Source: a virus. Taken from it: a stretch of DNA of 64,000 nt. The position numbers and the translations under genes are program-made. Each line of letters opens with the position of its first letter. Within the stretch, counting starts at the first letter, position 1. A model generated the notes under the pieces. That model saw only the letters and a program-made list of their open reading frames with translations, made no database searches and had not been told where the DNA came from. Below are positions 7,692-17,084 of the stretch, one piece after another. The stretch covers positions 1 through 64,000 of IMG/VR virus record IMGVR_UViG_3300011113_000747; one strand, written 5' to 3'.

Positions 7692-7880
7692 ATGAAACAT
7701 CTACTACTAGTATTGGTTAGTATGGTTATGGTTGGGTGTAGTGGTGTGGGTAGGGTAGAGGTAGATGGCGTCATCCCTTCCTGCATGATGGATTCCCTTC
7801 AGCTCGAACACTCGCTCAATCGTGGTAACCCTCTCGAGAAGCAGACCCTCTCCGAGAGAACCTGTCGCGAGACTTTGTAG
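7692..7880 (+). CDS. Putative small lipoprotein
   Basis: MKHLLLVLVSMVMVGC is a signal peptide II-like sequence ending in a lipobox Cys. Confidence 0.5.
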   Translation: MKHLLLVLVSMVMVGCSGVGRVEVDGVIPSCMMDSLQLEHSLNRGNPLEKQTLSERTCRETL

Positions 7881-8032
7881 TGAGAGAAGGACCGGGGCCC
7901 GGGTCTGGGGGTGCATGGTCCAAATTTTTCGCGCGCTCCCGGGGAGATTCTTAGAAAGGGGTTCCTCTATACCCGCGGGAGATTTTGCGCGCTCTTCCCC
8001 GAGACTTTCTATATAGGGGCTTAAATAATACT

Positions 8033-8359
8033 ATGACACGCAAAGACATTAATCTACTTGCTGAAGCTTATAAAGAAGCATCTATGGGGGACTGGGAAAC
8101 TGAATGGGATAATATGACACCACCTCCGAGCGTGTTTGAAAGAGCTCTTGCTGATCCTACCAATTTTGATCTACATATTACTAGTGAAGAAGGTCTTGAC
8201 TGGGATAACTTTAAGATGCATCCTGTATATACGGTATATGAAATTGGTAGTAATGGTAAGTATGGTGACTATGAAGTGGTATCTAACTATGCTGATATTG
8301 AAGATATTGTAGATGCATTTGAAAAAAAGAACCCACAAGGTATTAAAGATAAAAGATAA
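8033..8359 (+). CDS. Putative internal head protein with capsid-targeting-like leader (start 8033)
   Basis: TAAATA late promoter; MTRKDINLLAEAY. Confidence 0.75.
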   Translation: MTRKDINLLAEAYKEASMGDWETEWDNMTPPPSVFERALADPTNFDLHITSEEGLDWDNFKMHPVYTVYEIGSNGKYGDYEVVSNYADIEDIVDAFEKKNPQGIKDKR

Positions 8360-8367
8360 ATAATATC

Positions 8368-8583
8368 ATGACACGCAAAGACATTAATCTACTTGCTGAA
8401 GCCTACGGAAATTCTGATGAGGTTGGTAATTTAGCTAGGCAATTTCGCTATAATGATAAAGTTAGGCAAATACTAAAAGACTTAGCACATCACGGTAAAA
8501 TTTCAAACTTGGAAGCAGATAATGATGCATTTGAAGCAATGTTATATGCTTTTGCAGCAGGTTACCATATGAGAAATAAATAA
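8368..8583 (+). CDS. Putative internal head protein
   Basis: TAAATA late promoter; MTRKDINLLAEAY. Confidence 0.75.
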   Translation: MTRKDINLLAEAYGNSDEVGNLARQFRYNDKVRQILKDLAHHGKISNLEADNDAFEAMLYAFAAGYHMRNK

Positions 8584-8587
8584 TATC

Positions 8588-8869
8588 ATGACACGCAAAG
8601 ACATTAATCTACTTGCTGAAGCTTTCAGTTCGACTAAACCTAAAACTATTAATGAACAGAATGGTGATGCTGTGTATGGTCTTATTAATACCGCTGATGG
8701 TCCAACATTAGTTGGTTTGTATGTATCACAAGAACAAGCTCAGCAAGCTCTTGATGCCTTTTTAGCAACCCCAGAAGGTGAGAATGAAACTGATTATTTT
8801 TACATTACACCACTTGCGTTAGGTCAACCAGTTAACTTTGATTACATTTATGACACGCAAAGACATTAA
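8588..8869 (+). CDS. Putative internal head protein
   Basis: TAAATA late promoter; MTRKDINLLAEAF. Confidence 0.75.
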   Translation: MTRKDINLLAEAFSSTKPKTINEQNGDAVYGLINTADGPTLVGLYVSQEQAQQALDAFLATPEGENETDYFYITPLALGQPVNFDYIYDTQRH

Positions 8870-9041
8870 TCTTATCACTGAAGCCTATGAGAAGAATAAG
8901 GTTGATGCAGAACAACTCAGAATCGGAATTGAAGTTGAACTTGAACATACCGATGATGAGAAAGTTGCTGAGAAGATCGCACGTGATCACTTAGCAGAAG
9001 ACCCTCACTATTACACCAAGTTAAAGAAAGCTGGACTATAA
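8850..9041 (+). CDS. DUF5661-like protein with the same leader (start 8850)
   Basis: EQLRIGIEVELEH...KIARDHLAEDPHYYTKL motif. Confidence 0.75.
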   Translation: MTRKDINLITEAYEKNKVDAEQLRIGIEVELEHTDDEKVAEKIARDHLAEDPHYYTKLKKAGL

Positions 9042-9049
9042 ATAATAAT

Positions 9050-9454
9050 ATGAATCGCAACGATCAAAAATTACTCTCTAATCTCTATCTTGAGAACATT
9101 AATCAATTCGGCGCTAAGTCTGCTTCATCTGAAGAGATGGCTGGTATGTTAGCTAAGAATCCAGCAGCTGGTCAATCAATGGAGACATCTTATTCACTTA
9201 ATGCTCCTGAAGGTTATGAAGTTGATTATGATGGTAGTACTCTTACTGTAAAGAGAACAATCAATGGTCTTGAGTCTACAACGATGACAAAAATGGGTAA
9301 GAAGCCTATAGAAGAGGTTCAGAGAGATGTCGACTATCAAGTAGCTTATGATGAGTTTATGAGCAAAAGAGGTGGTGGAGCTAGCCCACAACAAGCAGCT
9401 GACGCAAAGAGTGCTTTCTTAGCTAAGCAGAAGCAGATTTACAGTAAGAAGTAA
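9050..9454 (+). CDS. Putative internal head protein
   Basis: TATAAATA upstream; MNRNDQKLLSNLYLEN leader. Confidence 0.7.
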   Translation: MNRNDQKLLSNLYLENINQFGAKSASSEEMAGMLAKNPAAGQSMETSYSLNAPEGYEVDYDGSTLTVKRTINGLESTTMTKMGKKPIEEVQRDVDYQVAYDEFMSKRGGGASPQQAADAKSAFLAKQKQIYSKK

Positions 9455-9474
9455 ATAGCGAAAAAATCCGCTTT

Positions 9475-10176
9475 ATGTCCTTATTTGAAGAGAGATTTCT
9501 AGATAAGGTCGCATTTGTTTTACTCAACGCTATATTGTATACCGGTGAGTATAATGCGATCTTAGATAGGTTAAATCCAAACGAGAAGGTTAAACTCGTT
9601 AACTATCTTCCGGATGTTAAAATGGCTCCGGCGCAAAAGGAAAAGGTAAAGCAGGTTGTAATGACTAGCTTAAAGCAGGATCAAGCTGTTCCTAAAGCTA
9701 TTCCTTATACAGGTAGTTCCAATATAACCAAATTAAGGAAAGCTCTTATTGAGAAGCTTAAAAAGGAAGAAGGAGTTATTCCTCATATGTATAAAGACCA
9801 TTACGGAAATCTAACTATCGGTATTGGTCATTTAGTTACACCAAAAGAAGTTCCTTATTATCGTAATCGTACATTAACACAAAAGGAAATGTTAGACTTA
9901 CTTAATAAGGATATCGATTGGAAATTATCTCTCATTAAGAAAGACTTTCCTAAATTTAATTCATATCCTTTTGATTTGCAGATGATGATTGCAAATGGAT
10001 ACTTTAGAGGTGATCTTGCTGGTTCACCTCGCACTAAAATGCTTATCAGACAAGGAAAGTTTAAACAAGCTGCTGAAGAATATTTAGATAACGCTGAGTT
10101 TAAACGTGAAGCAAAAGTTAAATCTGGTGTATATAAAAGGATGCTTAAAAATGCGAACGTTTTAAGAAGCATGTAA
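9475..10176 (+). CDS. T4-type lysozyme (GH24-like) with N-terminal extension
   Basis: EEG...YKDHYGNLTIGIGHL catalytic motif. Confidence 0.8.
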   Translation: MSLFEERFLDKVAFVLLNAILYTGEYNAILDRLNPNEKVKLVNYLPDVKMAPAQKEKVKQVVMTSLKQDQAVPKAIPYTGSSNITKLRKALIEKLKKEEGVIPHMYKDHYGNLTIGIGHLVTPKEVPYYRNRTLTQKEMLDLLNKDIDWKLSLIKKDFPKFNSYPFDLQMMIANGYFRGDLAGSPRTKMLIRQGKFKQAAEEYLDNAEFKREAKVKSGVYKRMLKNANVLRSM

Positions 10177-10192
10177 GCTATAAATAATATAG

Positions 10193-10741
10193 ATGAAAGA
10201 TAGAGATACATTGTTGCTACAAGAAGCTTATGCTGCTATAAATACCCAACATCAGCTTAATGAATCATTTTTTAATACAGTTGCTGACGCCATTGAGTAT
10301 TTACAGAGTGGAGCTGGAGCAGCATTGTTAGTTGTGTTTCGTAAACAGATACATAGCATATTGAGAAAAGTAGGTGTACCATTAAAGGCTAATAAAAAAG
10401 AATTAATATCTTTACTAAATAAGGTTAACCAAGAACTTAGTTTATTACAAAATAATCAGCGTGCTAATACATTAGACACATTTAAATTATATGATGAGGT
10501 TATAGAAAAATTAAAATATAACTTAGAACCCACAACTACAGCTGCGTTGAGAACACAATCTAGAACACCTGGTATACGAACACATGCAGATGTTACTCAG
10601 TTAGGTAAGGCAATAAAAGGTGTTATTTATAGTTTAATTGGTAACATGCCTGACAGTAAATCATTACCAAAAACTAAAGCTGTTTTGATGATGGTATTAT
10701 TATCTATTGCTATAAAGCAAATTTTAGATTTATTTCACTAG
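10193..10741 (+). CDS. Putative internal head protein
   Basis: TATAAATA upstream; MKDRDTLLLQEAY leader. Confidence 0.7.
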   Translation: MKDRDTLLLQEAYAAINTQHQLNESFFNTVADAIEYLQSGAGAALLVVFRKQIHSILRKVGVPLKANKKELISLLNKVNQELSLLQNNQRANTLDTFKLYDEVIEKLKYNLEPTTTAALRTQSRTPGIRTHADVTQLGKAIKGVIYSLIGNMPDSKSLPKTKAVLMMVLLSIAIKQILDLFH

Positions 10742-10780
10742 CAAGTAAAATATTAAATAATATAGTAACCACAACAATTT

Positions 10781-10993
10781 ATGCCTTTACCTCTTTTAGC
10801 TAAAAAACTTTTCGGTCGTAAAAGAAAGAAATCTCCACCACAGTTTGTAATCAGAAATTACGGGTCGTTTAGATTACCTGATGAATTGTATTTTTTACCA
10901 GCTACAGGTAAAGCTAAAATTGTACTTGATCTTTATAAAAACCTATCATCCAGAAAACTCCAAAGTGAAAGGGATATTGTAGAAAGGGAATAA
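10781..10993 (+). CDS. Hypothetical protein
   Basis: ORF; TAAATA upstream. Confidence 0.55.
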   Translation: MPLPLLAKKLFGRKRKKSPPQFVIRNYGSFRLPDELYFLPATGKAKIVLDLYKNLSSRKLQSERDIVERE

Positions 10994-11001
10994 ATATTAT
11001 T

Positions 11002-11289
11002 ATGGCAGAAGCAGCAGCAAGTAAATTAATTTCTAGAATCAACATTTCTTTAACTGGTGTTGCTAATCCATTTACACCAACGCAGTTTGCAAGGTTACAA
11101 GAAATTAAAGGGCTATTACAAAATCCATTATATTCAGGGGCTGGTGGTTTAGATCTCTTAAGACGTTTTGATAGACGTACTTTTAATGAGTATAATAGGC
11201 TATCGAGAAGTTTTAGTAATGCTACCACTAGACGAGATGCTCTTCCTGGATTTTTTGTTATACAAAGAAGTGTAACTCGCGGACTTTAG
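11002..11289 (+). CDS. Hypothetical late protein
   Basis: ATAAATA upstream. Confidence 0.65.
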   Translation: MAEAAASKLISRINISLTGVANPFTPTQFARLQEIKGLLQNPLYSGAGGLDLLRRFDRRTFNEYNRLSRSFSNATTRRDALPGFFVIQRSVTRGL

Positions 11290-11303
11290 TATTAAATAAA
11301 GTC

Positions 11304-11507
11304 ATGAAAATGTTATCTGAAAACTCAGTTAAGTTGTGCTGTAAAGCTAAAAAAGGTTGCCCAGAGTTAACCAAAGTGGATGAAGAATTTTATTCTATTA
11401 AGGACGACGACGGCAACGTTATAAAAATTCATAAAGATGAGCTTAAGCTTGTTGGTGATGCTGTTAAGTTAATTGATGAGTCGAGAGAAAAGCTTATCTT
11501 GGGATGA
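11304..11507 (+). CDS. Hypothetical protein with CC...CP motif
   Basis: ORF; TAAATA upstream. Confidence 0.7.
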   Translation: MKMLSENSVKLCCKAKKGCPELTKVDEEFYSIKDDDGNVIKIHKDELKLVGDAVKLIDESREKLILG

Positions 11508-11776
11508 CCACATTCGCAATAATCGGCCTTACCTTTATTCTCAAATACGGGGATATATTACATTCAATTAGGCAATCTTTATGTGAAAACTCAAGATATT
11601 TTACAAAGCTTTTTGAATGTGCATTGTGTCTGGGGTTTTGGTCTGGGTTATTTATCGGCATAGTAACAAAAGAAAATATTGTTACTATGCCTTTTTATGG
11701 AGCTGCAGTCTCTTTTTTTGCAGATTTAATTATGGAATTAATATATTCCACTATGCGTAGGTTAGATAAAGATTAA
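11504..11776 (+). CDS. DUF1360-like membrane protein
   Basis: Hydrophobic; LFECALCLGFW motif. Confidence 0.7.
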   Translation: MTTFAIIGLTFILKYGDILHSIRQSLCENSRYFTKLFECALCLGFWSGLFIGIVTKENIVTMPFYGAAVSFFADLIMELIYSTMRRLDKD

Positions 11777-12120
11777 CCCTGTTTGTGAGCCTTAATAGCT
11801 TCTTTTAATTTACCTAAAACAAACACACAATAATCCATATCTTTTATTCTAGCATCTTCCATTTCTTTGGTAATCATCGCAAGTATAGTTTCTTTTCTGA
11901 CTTCACCTAAATCAGATTCTTCATATTCCACAGGTGCTGCTACTGTTGGGTTATATCCAATAGCTCTATCTACCTTATCAGGGTTTGTAGTAGGTGGTGG
12001 TCTTCTATAAGTGGTTGTTGCTTGTCTTTCTTGAGGTGGTGAATAATTTGTTAACGGGGTGTCTATACTTATACCATTATAGCCTTCATAAATTTTTTGT
12101 ATTTTTCGTAAGTCAGACAT
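11773..12120 (-). CDS. Putative internal head protein
   Basis: TATAAATA upstream on minus strand; MSDLRKIQKIYEGY leader. Confidence 0.65.
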   Translation of the reverse strand: MSDLRKIQKIYEGYNGISIDTPLTNYSPPQERQATTTYRRPPPTTNPDKVDRAIGYNPTVAAPVEYEESDLGEVRKETILAMITKEMEDARIKDMDYCVFVLGKLKEAIKAHKQG

Positions 12121-12152
12121 TGTTTAATTATATTTATAGTATATAGTTTTGT

Positions 12153-12614
12153 ATGTTGAAAAAGTTCATAACATGGAATGAAATTCATAACTATATTAAA
12201 CAATCTGATGTAGTTAAAAATAATCAAGATGTGGATTTAGTTGTAGCTGTTGGTTCAGGTGGCATGATACCAGGTGTAATTATTGCAAAGTTGCTTGATA
12301 AGCCTGTTATTAATATCGGTGTTAAGACATATAACGCTAATTTGAACGAGCAAACATACATGGCACAATGGTATCAGAAGTTTGATTTTAAAAAATCGAA
12401 ACATAAAAAGCTTTTGGTTGTTGATGATATTAATGATACAGGATTTACTCTTGCAACTATTAACTCATTTTTAATGTCTGGATTTTATACAGAACAGGAT
12501 GTAAATTATTTTACAGTATTTTCAAAGCCAAGATCATATTTTAGATGTGATAGTGCTGCTGAAGTAGCTGATGACGCTTGGTTAGTTTTTCCATGGGAGG
12601 TAAATAATGAGTGA
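12153..12614 (+). CDS. Purine phosphoribosyltransferase (type I PRTase)
   Basis: VVDDINDTGFT PRPP-binding loop; WLVFPWE C-terminus. Confidence 0.85.
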   Translation: MLKKFITWNEIHNYIKQSDVVKNNQDVDLVVAVGSGGMIPGVIIAKLLDKPVINIGVKTYNANLNEQTYMAQWYQKFDFKKSKHKKLLVVDDINDTGFTLATINSFLMSGFYTEQDVNYFTVFSKPRSYFRCDSAAEVADDAWLVFPWEVNNE

Positions 12615-12975
12615 TAGAAAAGTAATATGTTTAATTACAGGTCAGTCTGTAATGATGGGTAAAGATTATTTTGCTAAAAAAGCAGAAGAGTATGGTAGTG
12701 AAGATAATCTACGTAAGTATTACATAAGCAAGAAGGCAAAAAGCTTAGTAAGGAGAGGTTATTCTGTAAATGAAATTCGTAAAATTCTAAATGTCACTGA
12801 ACCTGGATTACCTGGTGGTGATACACAAGATGTTATTGATATTATAAACTACCATAAAGTTGAAAAACAAAGTATATCAGAAAAACGGATTGATAGTGCT
12901 CAAAACTTTATGATGCAGTCTTCTGATGAAGATGTAAAAGAATTTATAAATAATATTAAGAAATTAAATTTATGA
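12607..12975 (+). CDS. Hypothetical protein
   Basis: ORF coupled to neighbours. Confidence 0.7.
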   Translation: MSDRKVICLITGQSVMMGKDYFAKKAEEYGSEDNLRKYYISKKAKSLVRRGYSVNEIRKILNVTEPGLPGGDTQDVIDIINYHKVEKQSISEKRIDSAQNFMMQSSDEDVKEFINNIKKLNL

Positions 12976-13202
12976 CAAAGCGTTTTATTCCATCCGTTTC
13001 AGGTACCAATCAGATTAAAATTTATAATGCTGAAACAGGCAATCTATATAAAGTTTTCAATGTGGGTGGTAAAATTACCGGTCAACCAATTGTAACAGAA
13101 TCAGAACTTTACGTAGAAGTTACCACAACAGGTAATAAAAAATTTATCAGATATTATAGCTTACCTAATTTTACTCTTAAAAAGTCTGTAAATTTAGATT
13201 AA
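12972..13202 (+). CDS. Hypothetical protein
   Basis: ORF coupled to neighbour. Confidence 0.7.
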   Translation: MTKRFIPSVSGTNQIKIYNAETGNLYKVFNVGGKITGQPIVTESELYVEVTTTGNKKFIRYYSLPNFTLKKSVNLD

Positions 13203-13257
13203 AAAAAAGATAATAACTTGATTGTTTTGTATCATGGTATATACTAAATAGTATACT

Positions 13258-15726
13258 ATGAAGGTACTTAAGCGAAACGGTAAACTCGAAAATTTAAACG
13301 ATAAAAAAATTCACAAGTGTGTGGAACGCACTTGTAAGGGTCTTAAAAATGTAGACCCATTAACAGTTGTGTATAATGCAACCTTAAAGTTGTATGATGG
13401 TGTACCAACTGCTGAGATTGATAAATCTCTTATTAAGTCTGCTCGTGCTCTTATTGAACAGGAACCAGAATATTCTCACGTAGCAGCTCGTCTTCTTCTC
13501 AATACTCTTAATAAAGAGGTGTTTAAAGAAGGTGTTGATAGTGATGCATTTGAATTGCAATACAAGAAGTCGTTCATTACTAACTTGAAGGCTCTTGTTA
13601 AGAATGGAACTCTTCAGAAAGATCTTTTGAAGACGTTTGATCTCAAGGCTATCTCTGAAGCTATTGATATTAAGAGAGATTATCTTCTTGAATATCTTGG
13701 CTTACAGACTCTTGTTGATCGCTATCTTTGCCGCATTAATGATAAAATTGTGGAAAGTCCGCAAGGTTTCTTTATGCGAGTCGCAATGGGTATTGCTCTT
13801 GCGGAAAAGCCAGAGGAACGAACCGAATGGGCAATTAAGTTTTACAATAAGATCTCTTCGTTAGAATACGTTCCTTCAACACCTACGCTCTTTTATTCTG
13901 GAAACGTGAGAAACCAGCTCTCTTCTTGTTTCCTTAATACCTTCGAAGATAGTGTGTTTGGTATCTTTGATGGATTGCATCAGGAAGCTCAGAAGAGTAA
14001 GTTTGCAGGCGGACTTGGTATGGACTTTACTCCATTCCGTGCTGGTGGTGCTCGTATTAATACAACAGGTGGGCTTACCACAGGTGCTGTTTATACTTGG
14101 AAGCTCTTTAACGATATGCTGATTGCTATCAATCAGGGAGGAAAACGTAAGGGTGCTGGTTGTGGTTATCTCGAAACTTGGCATTATGACATCGAAGACT
14201 TCTTGGAATTAAGGAAGAACGTCGGTGAAGAACGTCGTCGTACCCATGATATGAATACTGCTAACTGGATTCCAGACTTGTTCATGAAGCAAGTTAAGAA
14301 TGAAGGTAAGTGGTATTTGTTCTCTCCAGAAGAAGTACCTGAACTTCATGAACTCTGGGGTGATGAGTTTGAAGCTAAATATTGGAAGTATGTTGAAAAG
14401 GGTAAGAATGGTGAACTTAGACTCTTTAGAGAGATCGAAGCAAAAGATCTTTGGAAGAAGATGCTTAAGATGCTTTTCGAAACTGGACATCCTTGGATTA
14501 CTTTCAAAGATCCTTGCAATATTCGTTACACGAATCAGCATTGCGGTACTGTTCATTCTTCAAATCTTTGTACTGAAATTACTCTTCATACTAAAGCAAC
14601 TTCATTCGAACCTAATAACGATCGCAAAATTAAAGAGTATGGTGAAACAGCTGTATGTAATCTCGGTTCTGTAAACCTTGCTCGTCATCTTGTATTAATT
14701 GATGGTAAATATCAGCTCGATTATCTCAAGCTGAGTGAGTCGGTAGCTATTGGTTGCCGTATGCTTGATAACGTTGTTGATATTAATTTTTATCCAACGC
14801 AAGAAGCTAAGCTCTCTAACATGAGACACCGTCCAGTTGGTCTTGGCTCTATGGGTTGGCATGACTTATTCCACGCTCTTGATGTTGTGTATGATAGTGA
14901 TGAAGCTACAAAGCTCTCTGGAGATGTTTATGAATTCATTTCATGGCATGCTATCAATCAGAGTTCAGTGCTAGCTAAAGAGCGTGGTAGTTATTCTACA
15001 TATGATGGCTCTCTTTGGAGTAAAAATGTATTCCCAGTTGATTCGTATATCGATCTTATGATGCGTCGTGATGAAAAATTCAATAAGACCTCAAAAGACT
15101 TCGAAAAAATGGATTGGAGCATTGTTCGTGAGAGAGTTAAAGAACATGGTATGAGAAATTCTAACGTGATGGCTATTGCTCCTACAGCAACTATTTCATC
15201 TATTGCTGGTTGTTCTTCTACAACTGAGCCTCTCTTCTCTAACATCTTTGCATATTCTACTTTGAGTGGTGACTTTACAATGGTAAATAAGTGGCTTATC
15301 AATGATTTGAAAGCTCTTGGCCTTTGGAATCACAACATGGTTGAACAGCTCAAAGCGGCTGATGGTGATATTAGTAAAGTTTCACTACCAGAAAATGTTA
15401 AAGAACGATTTGTATCTAAGTACAAAACAACATTCCAGATTGATCAGCTCAAGCTTCTCGACCAAGCTGCAGCTCGTGGTATTTGGATTGACCAAGCAAT
15501 GTCTGTAAATCTCTTTAATGATAAGACATCGCTTAAGTATCTTAACGATATTTACGAACATGCTTGGAATATTGGCCTCAAGACAACCTATTACCTTCGT
15601 AATAGGGGAGCATCTTCAATTGAAAAGGCTTCAGTAAAATCGGAGCAAGTGCTTAGTTCAATTGGAGATGACAAGTTAGGTAAAGCTTGCCTTATTAATG
15701 ATCCAACCTGCCAATCGTGCCAATGA
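13258..15726 (+). CDS. nrdA: Ribonucleotide reductase class Ia alpha subunit with ATP cone
   Basis: N-terminal KRNG ATP cone; PSTPTL, SSCFL, SNLCTEI, APTATIS, C-terminal CxxC. Confidence 0.97.
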   Translation: MKVLKRNGKLENLNDKKIHKCVERTCKGLKNVDPLTVVYNATLKLYDGVPTAEIDKSLIKSARALIEQEPEYSHVAARLLLNTLNKEVFKEGVDSDAFELQYKKSFITNLKALVKNGTLQKDLLKTFDLKAISEAIDIKRDYLLEYLGLQTLVDRYLCRINDKIVESPQGFFMRVAMGIALAEKPEERTEWAIKFYNKISSLEYVPSTPTLFYSGNVRNQLSSCFLNTFEDSVFGIFDGLHQEAQKSKFAGGLGMDFTPFRAGGARINTTGGLTTGAVYTWKLFNDMLIAINQGGKRKGAGCGYLETWHYDIEDFLELRKNVGEERRRTHDMNTANWIPDLFMKQVKNEGKWYLFSPEEVPELHELWGDEFEAKYWKYVEKGKNGELRLFREIEAKDLWKKMLKMLFETGHPWITFKDPCNIRYTNQHCGTVHSSNLCTEITLHTKATSFEPNNDRKIKEYGETAVCNLGSVNLARHLVLIDGKYQLDYLKLSESVAIGCRMLDNVVDINFYPTQEAKLSNMRHRPVGLGSMGWHDLFHALDVVYDSDEATKLSGDVYEFISWHAINQSSVLAKERGSYSTYDGSLWSKNVFPVDSYIDLMMRRDEKFNKTSKDFEKMDWSIVRERVKEHGMRNSNVMAIAPTATISSIAGCSSTTEPLFSNIFAYSTLSGDFTMVNKWLINDLKALGLWNHNMVEQLKAADGDISKVSLPENVKERFVSKYKTTFQIDQLKLLDQAAARGIWIDQAMSVNLFNDKTSLKYLNDIYEHAWNIGLKTTYYLRNRGASSIEKASVKSEQVLSSIGDDKLGKACLINDPTCQSCQ

Positions 15727-15935
15727 TTTTCAGGCAAACATTTTTAGAAGCTCTTACAGAGGACGAACAGTCTCTGCTCTACTATATCGTAAATCAGCAC
15801 AAAAACCAGGGTGTTGTATACGAATTGGCCTATAGTAGAGTGGAGGTTGTTATACCTAAACTTAGAGTTGCAAACCTAACAGAAGAAGGTGATAGTCTCC
15901 GAGCTAGTATCTTAGAAAAATTCCAGACATTATAA
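15717..15935 (+). CDS. Hypothetical protein
   Basis: ORF between nrdA and nrdB. Confidence 0.6.
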   Translation: MPMIFRQTFLEALTEDEQSLLYYIVNQHKNQGVVYELAYSRVEVVIPKLRVANLTEEGDSLRASILEKFQTL

Positions 15936-16018
15936 CTACAAAAGAATCAAAGATTTATAAGGGTAAAAACCTTTTTATCTTTGATTCTTCCCCTCTATAT
16001 ATTATACTAAATACACTT

Positions 16019-17017
16019 ATGAATAAAACAGGTTTAATTTTAGGTAAGGAAAAAGAGAGTGTTAATCAAATTCTACCTCACATGCATAAGTGGGCTTGGG
16101 ATTTATACAAAAATGGTAAAAGGAATAACTGGGACCCAGAAGAGGTTCCAATGAACAAAGATATTGTTAACTGGCGTAATGATAAGTTATCTGAAGCTGA
16201 GAAGCTTGTAGTGAAGCGTTGTCTTGGTTTCTTTGCTGGTTCTGAGTCTCTTGTAGGAAATAATCTTGTGTCTTTGTTTAGACATATTACAGATCCAGAG
16301 TGTCGCCAGTTTATGTCGCGTCAGATTTGGGAAGAATGCTTACATAATGATACAATCGTTTATATTTGCGACTCTCTTAATTTGGATATTAAGGAAGTAT
16401 ATGAAGCTTATGCAACCATACCAGCTATCAAAGCTAAAGATGACTTTTTGATGTCAGTTACAAAAGGTCTTAACCCTAATGTGGATACTTCTACAATTGA
16501 AGGTGTGAGAGAAGTTCTCAAAGCTGCATTCATTTATTGGATTGTTTGTGAAGGTACATTCTTCTTCTCTGGATTTGCAATGCTTCTTTCTATGAAAGAT
16601 AAGATTCCAGGTATTGGTGAGCAGATTGAATATACTCTTAGAGATGAATCTGGTCATATTAAGTTTGGTACAAGTCTTATCAAAGAGATTATCAAACAGC
16701 ATCCGGGAGCTTGGACACAAGAGTTCGAAGACGAACTTACCGGTTATCTTAAAAAGGCAGTCGAACTTGAAGTAGCATACGCGCATGATGCATTACCTAG
16801 AGGTATTTTAGGTCTTAATGCAGATATGTTCTTACAGTATATGCATTATATCGGTAATCGTCGCTTAGAGAATATTGGTATGAAGTTTAGATTTGAACAC
16901 GATAAAAATCCTTTTGATTTCTTATCTGAAGTTCAAGATCTTATCAAGGCTAAAAACTTCTTCGAAACCAGAGTTATTGAATATCAATCTGCTGGTGCAC
17001 TTGATGATGACTTTTAA
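16019..17017 (+). CDS. nrdB: Ribonucleotide reductase class I beta subunit
   Basis: NWDPEEVPM, EECLH, RDESGH diiron motifs; NFFETRV. Confidence 0.96.
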   Translation: MNKTGLILGKEKESVNQILPHMHKWAWDLYKNGKRNNWDPEEVPMNKDIVNWRNDKLSEAEKLVVKRCLGFFAGSESLVGNNLVSLFRHITDPECRQFMSRQIWEECLHNDTIVYICDSLNLDIKEVYEAYATIPAIKAKDDFLMSVTKGLNPNVDTSTIEGVREVLKAAFIYWIVCEGTFFFSGFAMLLSMKDKIPGIGEQIEYTLRDESGHIKFGTSLIKEIIKQHPGAWTQEFEDELTGYLKKAVELEVAYAHDALPRGILGLNADMFLQYMHYIGNRRLENIGMKFRFEHDKNPFDFLSEVQDLIKAKNFFETRVIEYQSAGALDDDF

Positions 17018-17040
17018 TTAATTTACTAAAAAAACACACG

Positions 17041-17069
17041 ATGCCATGGTGAGAGCCATGGCATTTTTT
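17041..17069 (+). terminator. Intrinsic terminator after nrdB
   Basis: ATGCCATGG/CCATGGCAT stem followed by T-tract. Confidence 0.75.
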
Positions 17070-17084
17070 GTATAAATATTATGG

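Larger units (their letters stand above)
8033..8884 (+). repeat. Four dispersed 35-bp direct repeats encoding MTRKDINL(L/I)(A/T)EA
   Basis: ATGACACGCAAAGACATTAATCTACTTGCTGAAGC identical at 8033, 8368, 8588; variant at 8850. Confidence 0.95.

Noticed and set aside
110-9041. CRISPR array from the repeated promoter or leader units
   Set aside because: Spacers are 90-400 nt open reading frames, repeats are not palindromic, and no cas genes are present
13258-17017. Introns or inteins in nrdA/nrdB
   Set aside because: Both ORFs are continuous, of normal length, and contain no intein or homing endonuclease motifs
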